Source: Candidatus Eiseniibacteriota bacterium
GTDB taxonomy: Bacteria; Eisenbacteria; RBG-16-71-46
NCBI GenBank assembly: GCA_963744995.1
Contig: CAVUWA010000010.1
Location: 128,001 to 192,000 of the forward strand
Length of the DNA: 64,000 bases
Direction: 5' to 3'
The translations under genes and the position numbers were made by a program. The notes below the pieces were generated by a model that had not been told where the DNA came from, made no database searches, and saw nothing but the letters and a program-made list of their open reading frames with translations. Within the stretch, counting starts at the first letter, position 1; each line of letters starts with the position of its first letter. Positions 59,501 through 64,000 of the stretch are shown here, piece after piece.

Positions 59501-60044
59501 GCGCATCGTCGGCGCCGCGCACGTGGCCGCGCGCCTGCAGCAGCAGCGAGTCGCGCCAGTAGACCGCGTGGTCCGCCGTGAGGTCGCGCCCCTTCTCGAC
59601 GCCGGACACGCCGCCGAACAGATGGGCGCGGCCGGTGCGGCGGTCGTAGGAACCGGCCGGCGCGCGCAGCGTCGCATCGCGATCCACGATGACCACGTTC
59701 CCGGACAGATCGAGCACGTCGTTCAGCTCCGAATACACCACGTGGTCGCAGGTGACCGTGAGCGTGCTGTCCACCATCTTCACGTGCTCGTCCAGGAACA
59801 GCCGGCCCTGGCCACGCAGGTAGCGGCCGAGGTCCGCGGTGATCACGGTGCGGCCGCGCACGATGCGCACGTCGCCCTTGAGCAGCACGGCGTCGCCCTC
59901 GGGGCCGTGCGTGCCCGAGACGTTGTCGGCCGAAATCTCGAGCGGCGAGTCCGACGCCTGCGCCACGGCCCGGGCCGGCACGCAGGCGGCGCACACGAGC
60001 AGCAGGCCGGCGAGGGACGCGCGGTTCCTCCGCGCGCGCGTCAC
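56559..60044 (-). CDS. lptD: LPS assembly protein LptD with extended OstA/LptA-like N-terminus
   Basis: Repeated jellyroll segments, 'YTTCDLAEPHY', 'RHSGFLFP', 'RDLHCW'. Confidence 0.85.
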   Translation of the reverse strand: MTRARRNRASLAGLLLVCAACVPARAVAQASDSPLEISADNVSGTHGPEGDAVLLKGDVRIVRGRTVITADLGRYLRGQGRLFLDEHVKMVDSTLTVTCDHVVYSELNDVLDLSGNVVIVDRDATLRAPAGSYDRRTGRAHLFGGVSGVEKGRDLTADHAVYWRDSLLLQARGHVRGADDAHHLVLEGDAVDYDRGTDLAVATGAPRLRSKDDDGVITELRADTLRVNTRTRVAEAVDSVHVVRDSLRASADYARFDDVAERGILLGHPEVRDDQTRVTGDTLEVLTEKRVLKQVIVRSNAVMDYAGARPQTVGEATRLYGDRVDVFFTHEDIDSLVAVGSARNEYRATPREGQTAERNQATGDTITIFFKDRKVERARVEGGAQGEYHMAVDAADTVAARREIVTYSARQITFEVPKSQIVLDGKSHLEYRDMKLESRRVEFDVNKQTLVAEGDPQLMERGDEVTGHLMTYDLDTRVGTIYKAETTYERGLYHGGQIRKVSENELDVLNGSYTTCDLAEPHYHFAAHWMKIYLKDKLVAKPVVFYVKNVPLLALPFWVFPIKPGRHSGFLFPQFELGFNNRAGQFIRNAGYYWATNDYMDFTVAGDYYRAQPSWQLRGEGRYNLLYVLDGDINTAFARNELSQRDDWSLEANHRQNLDPNTRLVGRAQFISSRDFSTSNDYGRTLEQRLNRFLTSSIAVSRTSSWASWNLILDRRQDLDADQAIKDPTLPIGTPASLSNLTQNEPTLSLSFPTRQIGSLGFLKGTPLEKPLASIYATLSSRFVSLRQQRGLISGRNYFTTDGQPDSSNVLTQRVSVRRALSNDISISDSRRLFGWLNLVPRFSSKVVVFDFDELGHKVVPTGTWSSGLTASSTFYGTFLPRWGAVEGIRHVVFPSASFSYSPDFPNLIYTDEFGGRRSRFSNFGGIGVSGFKSASMSFALDQRFQVKLRHGQDVQRLDNLLSWSTSGSYNFLWKERGLEHPLSTIGSSIRIQPPRLLNVTFGWTTDVYQPHPVRSMGLSTGLNLASSGAQQGQGGELPVDGRERESSFSGDQWSLSAAYSLAGGYVGTKWRNQQTANGVITYQLSPGWALDWSASYDITQRIMQTQRFSLSRDLHCWQMSFTRTFIAGGEAEYYFRISIKEQREIYYERGTRAGSIGGIQ

Positions 60045-61282
60045 AGCCACTCTCCCGGCGCTCCGCCGAACGCCGCCATCGCCTCGCCCACGGCGAACAG
60101 CGAGCCGGTGAGCAGCACGCGGCGCCGCCCGCGGTGCCCGAGCGCGGCGCGCACGGCGGCGGGCACGTCCGGCTGCCCGGCGGTCTCGAAACCCGCCGCG
60201 CGGAACGCCGCCGCGAGCGCGTCGACCGGCATGGCGCGCGGATTGCGCGTGCGGGTCGCGAACATCGGCACGGGCCCGAAGCCGGCGTGGAGCGCGCGCG
60301 CGATCTCCGCCGCGTCCTTGTCGCGCGAGAGCGCGAGCACCAGCGCCGGCGGCCGGCCCCCCATTCCGTTCCATGCGGTGATCAGCGCGTGGAAGGCATC
60401 CAGATTGTGGGCGCCGTCCCACCACAGGCGCGGCGCATGCGGGCAGCGCTCGAGCCGCCCGGGCCAGGTCGCGGCGCGCAGGCCGCGCGCCTCCGCGCGC
60501 GCGCCGATCGCGACGCCGCGCGCCCGCAGCGCGTCGAGGGTGGCGGCGGCGAGTGCGAGGTTTTCGAGCTGATGCGGGCCGCGCAGTCGCGCGTGCGGCG
60601 CCCGGCGCCGGCGCGCGCGCCACGTCGCGCGCGCGTCGATCAGCGGCGCGCCGCGTTCGGCACACACGCGCTCGATCACCGCCATCGCGGCGGGCGCCTG
60701 CGCGGCGGTCACCACGGGCACGCCCGGCTTCACGATGCCGGCCTTCTCGGCCGCGATCGAGGCGAGATCCGGGCCGAGGATCTCGGCGTGGTCCACCGAG
60801 ATCCGGGTGATCACGCTGACGTCCGGAGCGAGCACGTTGGTGCAGTCGAGTCGTCCGCCGAGCCCGACCTCGGCGACCACCCACCCGGCCCGCTCGCGGG
60901 CGAAGTGGTCGAAGGCGAGCGCCGTCGCGACCTCGAAGAAGGTCCGGCCTTCGGCTTCGGGCAGTGCCTGCATCGCCTGGAGCCGGCGCTCGAGGGACGC
61001 CTCGGACGCCCAGCGGCCGTCCACGCGGATGCGCTCGCGGAAATCCACCAGATGCGGCGAGGTGTAGAGCCCGGTGCGCAGACCGCTCTCGCGCAGCACG
61101 CGCTCGATCAGCGCGCACACCGAACCCTTGCCGTTGGTTCCGGCCACGTGGACCGAGCGGAACCGCCGGTGCGGATCGCCGAGCGCGGAGAGCAGCGCGC
61201 GGGTGCCGTCCAAGCCGAGCTTGTCGCGACGGCGTTCGAGTCCGTAGAGGGTTTCGAGTGCCTGCTGGAGCTGGAGGCTCAC
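60041..61282 (-). CDS. folC: Folylpolyglutamate/dihydrofolate synthase
   Basis: 'HVAGTNGKGS', 'YTSPHL', 'EVGLGGRLDCTN', 'WPGR', 'DGAHN', 'TGSL'. Confidence 0.94.
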   Translation of the reverse strand: MSLQLQQALETLYGLERRRDKLGLDGTRALLSALGDPHRRFRSVHVAGTNGKGSVCALIERVLRESGLRTGLYTSPHLVDFRERIRVDGRWASEASLERRLQAMQALPEAEGRTFFEVATALAFDHFARERAGWVVAEVGLGGRLDCTNVLAPDVSVITRISVDHAEILGPDLASIAAEKAGIVKPGVPVVTAAQAPAAMAVIERVCAERGAPLIDARATWRARRRRAPHARLRGPHQLENLALAAATLDALRARGVAIGARAEARGLRAATWPGRLERCPHAPRLWWDGAHNLDAFHALITAWNGMGGRPPALVLALSRDKDAAEIARALHAGFGPVPMFATRTRNPRAMPVDALAAAFRAAGFETAGQPDVPAAVRAALGHRGRRRVLLTGSLFAVGEAMAAFGGAPGEWL

Positions 61283-61286
61283 CGCG

Positions 61287-62234
61287 TCAGGAGTCCGACC
61301 TCGTCTTGCCGGCCACCGCGGGGAGCTCGGGATGGTCGTCGAATGAATGGGGAGACGTTTCACCGGCGGGCGCGAAGCCTCGCGTCGAGCGCCAGAAGAA
61401 CTCGAGCAGCCGGCCGATCTCGGTGCGCATCTGCTTGCGATGGATGATCCGGTCGATGAAGCCCTTCTCGAGCACGAATTCGGCGCGCTGGAAGCCCGGC
61501 GGCAGATCCTCGCCGATCGTCTGCCGGATCACGCGCGCGCCCGCGAATCCCACCAGCGCCCTCGGCTCTGCCACGATCAGGTCGCCCAGCGAGGCGAAGG
61601 AAGCCAGCACGCCCGCCGTCGACGGGTCGGTGAGGATCGAGATGAACGGCAGGCGGGCGTCCTGAAGTCTCGCGAGCAGCGCCGAGGTCTTCGCCATCTG
61701 CATGAGCGAAAGGATGCCCTCCTGCATCCGCGCACCGCCGGTGGACGACACCACCACCAGCGCGCGGCGCTCGGCGATCGCGACCTCGATCGAGCGCGCC
61801 ACCTTCTCGCCCACCACCGAACCCATGCTGCCGCCCATGAAGAAGAAGTCCATGACCGTGAGGCTCACCGGCTTCGCCCCGATCGTGGCGATTCCGGTGA
61901 CGGCCGCGTCGCGCATGGAGGTTTCCTTCTGGGCGTTCTTCAGGCGGTCCGGGTACGCCATGCGCGCGTCGCGGAACTGCAGCGGATCACCCGCCTCGAG
62001 CGATTCGAAGCGCTCTTCGAAGGTGTCCGGATCGGTGAGCAGGCCAACGTAGGTGCGCGCCGGCACGCGGAAGTGGTGATCGCAGTGCGGGCAGGTCCAG
62101 AGATTCTCTTCGAGCACGCTCTGGAACAGCGCCTCGCCGCAGCCCGCGCACTTGGTCCAGAGGCCCTCGGGGACCTCGGGACGCGGCTGATTGTCCTTCT
62201 TGATGCCGGTGCGTTCCCGCTTCAGCCAGGACAT
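61287..62234 (-). CDS. accD: Acetyl-CoA carboxylase carboxyltransferase beta subunit
   Basis: 'PEGLWTKC..C', 'FMGGSMGSVVGEK', 'GGARMQEG', 'GFAGARVI', 'FQRAEF'. Confidence 0.96.
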   Translation of the reverse strand: MSWLKRERTGIKKDNQPRPEVPEGLWTKCAGCGEALFQSVLEENLWTCPHCDHHFRVPARTYVGLLTDPDTFEERFESLEAGDPLQFRDARMAYPDRLKNAQKETSMRDAAVTGIATIGAKPVSLTVMDFFFMGGSMGSVVGEKVARSIEVAIAERRALVVVSSTGGARMQEGILSLMQMAKTSALLARLQDARLPFISILTDPSTAGVLASFASLGDLIVAEPRALVGFAGARVIRQTIGEDLPPGFQRAEFVLEKGFIDRIIHRKQMRTEIGRLLEFFWRSTRGFAPAGETSPHSFDDHPELPAVAGKTRSDS

Positions 62235-62246
62235 GCTCGCCTTTCG

Positions 62247-63479
62247 TCAGGGAAGGACCGCGCCGCCGGCGGGCGCCGGTGCGGTCTCCGTGCGCGCCAG
62301 AATCAGCGCATCCTCGCCCGAGTCACGATAATACCCGCGCCGCAGACCGGCCAGCCGAAATCCCTGAGCACGGTACAGCGCCTGCGCGGCGTCGTTCGAG
62401 ACGCGCACTTCCAGCGTGATCCGCGCCGCGCCCTCGACCCCGGCGCGCGCGTACAGATCGTCGAGCAGCGCGCTCGCGATGCCGTGACGCCTGAGCGAGG
62501 GCACCACCGCCAGATTGCCGAGATGGCCTTCGCCCTGGCCGAGCCACGCCATCAGATACCCCGCCAGCCGCGGCGGCGCTCCCCCGGAATCGTCCGGCGC
62601 CCACTCCGCGACGCGCGCCCAGACCCCCTCCTGGCCGAGCTCGGCGCGGAAGAACGAAGGCGCCCACGGATCGCTGAACACGTCGCGTTCGATCGCTGCG
62701 ATCGCCGGCACGTCGTCCGCCCGCATCGGCCGCACCGTCACCCGCTGCGCTTCGAGCACGCGATGGCGCACCCGCGACTCCGCCTGCGCCGGCCGCACGT
62801 AGTGCGGCGCGAGCGGCGCGCCCGCGGCCGGCAGCCCGGCCGCCGGTCCCCTGCCCGAACGCGCGGCCGCCGCGAGATCCAGTGCCGAGAGCCCTTCGAA
62901 ACGCCACTCGCCGCGCGTCGAACCCGGGAACAGCGCCTCCAGCTTCTCGCGTTCGCGTCCGGCCCCGGGCCCCACGAACCGCACGTGGGCGTTCGCACCG
63001 ATCAGCGGCAGCGCTTCACGGACCGTTTCGAGCGCCGCCTCGAGCGGTCCGACCTCCGCCGCGGTCATGAGCAGGACGCGTCCGCGCGTATCGGCGCGGA
63101 AGCAGCCGGCGTAGACGTCGCGCCGGCCGGCGCCCACCATCGGCACGATCAGTGCGCTGCGCGCCCGGGTGCCGTGCGCGAGCGCGGCGAGCGAGGAGGC
63201 GCCGTGCAGCGGCGCGCCGGCCGCCCACGCCAGCGCCTGCGCCGTGGCGAGCCCGACGCGTACGCCCGTGAACGAGCCCGGGCCCAGGTCGGCCGCGACC
63301 CAGGCCAGGTCGCGGGCCTGGAGTCCGGCCTCGGCGAGCGCTTCCCGCACGAGCGGCGTCAGCCGCCGGGTATGATGGTGGCCGATCGGCTCGACGCGAT
63401 GCGCGAGCACGGCGCCGCGGCCGTCCTCGACCAGCACCTCGGCGCGCTCGGTCGCGCACTCGATCGCGATGCCGCTCAC
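62247..63479 (-). CDS. tsaB: Fused tRNA t6A biosynthesis protein TsaB and ribosomal-protein acetyltransferase RimI
   Basis: N-terminal 'GPGSFTGVRVG'; C-terminal 'LEVRVSN..AQALY...GF....RRGYY...EDA' in one frame. Confidence 0.9.
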   Translation of the reverse strand: MSGIAIECATERAEVLVEDGRGAVLAHRVEPIGHHHTRRLTPLVREALAEAGLQARDLAWVAADLGPGSFTGVRVGLATAQALAWAAGAPLHGASSLAALAHGTRARSALIVPMVGAGRRDVYAGCFRADTRGRVLLMTAAEVGPLEAALETVREALPLIGANAHVRFVGPGAGREREKLEALFPGSTRGEWRFEGLSALDLAAAARSGRGPAAGLPAAGAPLAPHYVRPAQAESRVRHRVLEAQRVTVRPMRADDVPAIAAIERDVFSDPWAPSFFRAELGQEGVWARVAEWAPDDSGGAPPRLAGYLMAWLGQGEGHLGNLAVVPSLRRHGIASALLDDLYARAGVEGAARITLEVRVSNDAAQALYRAQGFRLAGLRRGYYRDSGEDALILARTETAPAPAGGAVLP

Positions 63480-63973
63480 CCGCCGGCCTCCCGGGGCAGC
63501 GCCCGGAACGCCTCCAGCAGGGCCAGGCCGCGTCCGTGCTCCGCCGTGGCGGTCAGCTCGCGCTCCGACTCGCCGGTGATCGCGATCGAGACGCACAGCG
63601 CCCCGCGCAGCCAGCGCGACGGCAGTCGTTCGCCCCACTCGGCCACCAGCGCGCCGCGCTCGAGCGCCTCCTCGAGGCCCAGCCCTTCGGCCTCCGCGCT
63701 GGACAGGCGGTAGAGGTCCACGTGCGTGAGCGGCAGTCGGCCATCGTAGGTGTGAACCAGCGTAAACGTCGGGCTCCGCACACGCGCCGCGGCGGCCAGC
63801 CCGCGCGCGAGTCCGGCCACGAGCCGTGTCTTGCCCGCGCCGAGCGGGCCGTCGAGACGGATCACGTCCCCCGCCTCGAGCGCGGGGGCGAGCGCGGCGC
63901 CGAGCGCCTCGGTCGCCTCCGCCGATGACGTGCGCCGCGTCGCGCGGGCGGCGTCCGCGGACGGCCGCGTCAC
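63476..63973 (-). CDS. tsaE: tRNA t6A biosynthesis ATPase
   Basis: 'LDGPLGAGKT', 'VRSPTFTL', 'HVDLYRL', 'EWGE'. Confidence 0.94.
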   Translation of the reverse strand: MTRPSADAARATRRTSSAEATEALGAALAPALEAGDVIRLDGPLGAGKTRLVAGLARGLAAAARVRSPTFTLVHTYDGRLPLTHVDLYRLSSAEAEGLGLEEALERGALVAEWGERLPSRWLRGALCVSIAITGESERELTATAEHGRGLALLEAFRALPREAGG

Positions 63974-64000
63974 GCGCGACGCGGGGTCAGCGTGATCAGC
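63970..64000 (-). CDS. 3' end of an upstream gene, possibly a PglZ-domain response regulator (PorX-like)
   Basis: ...LITLTPRRA* with TGA overlapping the tsaE GTG; identity inferred only from the tail and usual FCB synteny. Confidence 0.3.
   Translation of the reverse strand, partial: LITLTPRRA

Noticed and set aside
56697..60572. 1291-aa plus-strand ORF
   Set aside because: Antisense shadow of lptD

Overview
A very GC-rich, gene-dense bacterial chromosome segment with about 47 protein-coding genes. It looks like a diderm of the FCB group, possibly Ca. Eisenbacteria; this is inferred from the FlgD-type C-terminal domain, an 'SWxRLKxLYR' tail, the long LptD and DUF4301. No rRNA, tRNA, CRISPR array or mobile element was recognised. 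Housekeeping content includes tsaE, a tsaB-rimI fusion, accD, folC, lptD, iscS-mnmA, a C-terminal protease, nagZ, pepN, a CBS-CGL transsulfuration pair, hydantoinase/oxoprolinase A/B, an ABC-2 exporter and several signalling proteins. The main result is a hidden selenoprotein that the ORF track splits in two (50758..49343, minus strand). It has a signal peptide, a UshA/5'-nucleotidase-like domain with C-G-U (in-frame TGA followed by a SECIS-like hairpin) and a degenerate metal site, fused to a tetraheme c-type cytochrome. Other notable items are a Cyc2-like cytochrome-porin broken by a single-base frameshift, a 5x31-bp tandem repeat whose terminal copy supplies the -35 box of the cbs promoter, a cohesin/dockerin-like surface protein pair, a duplicated MarR operator, and a Cys-rich PAS hybrid kinase next to an fRMsr-like GAF protein.
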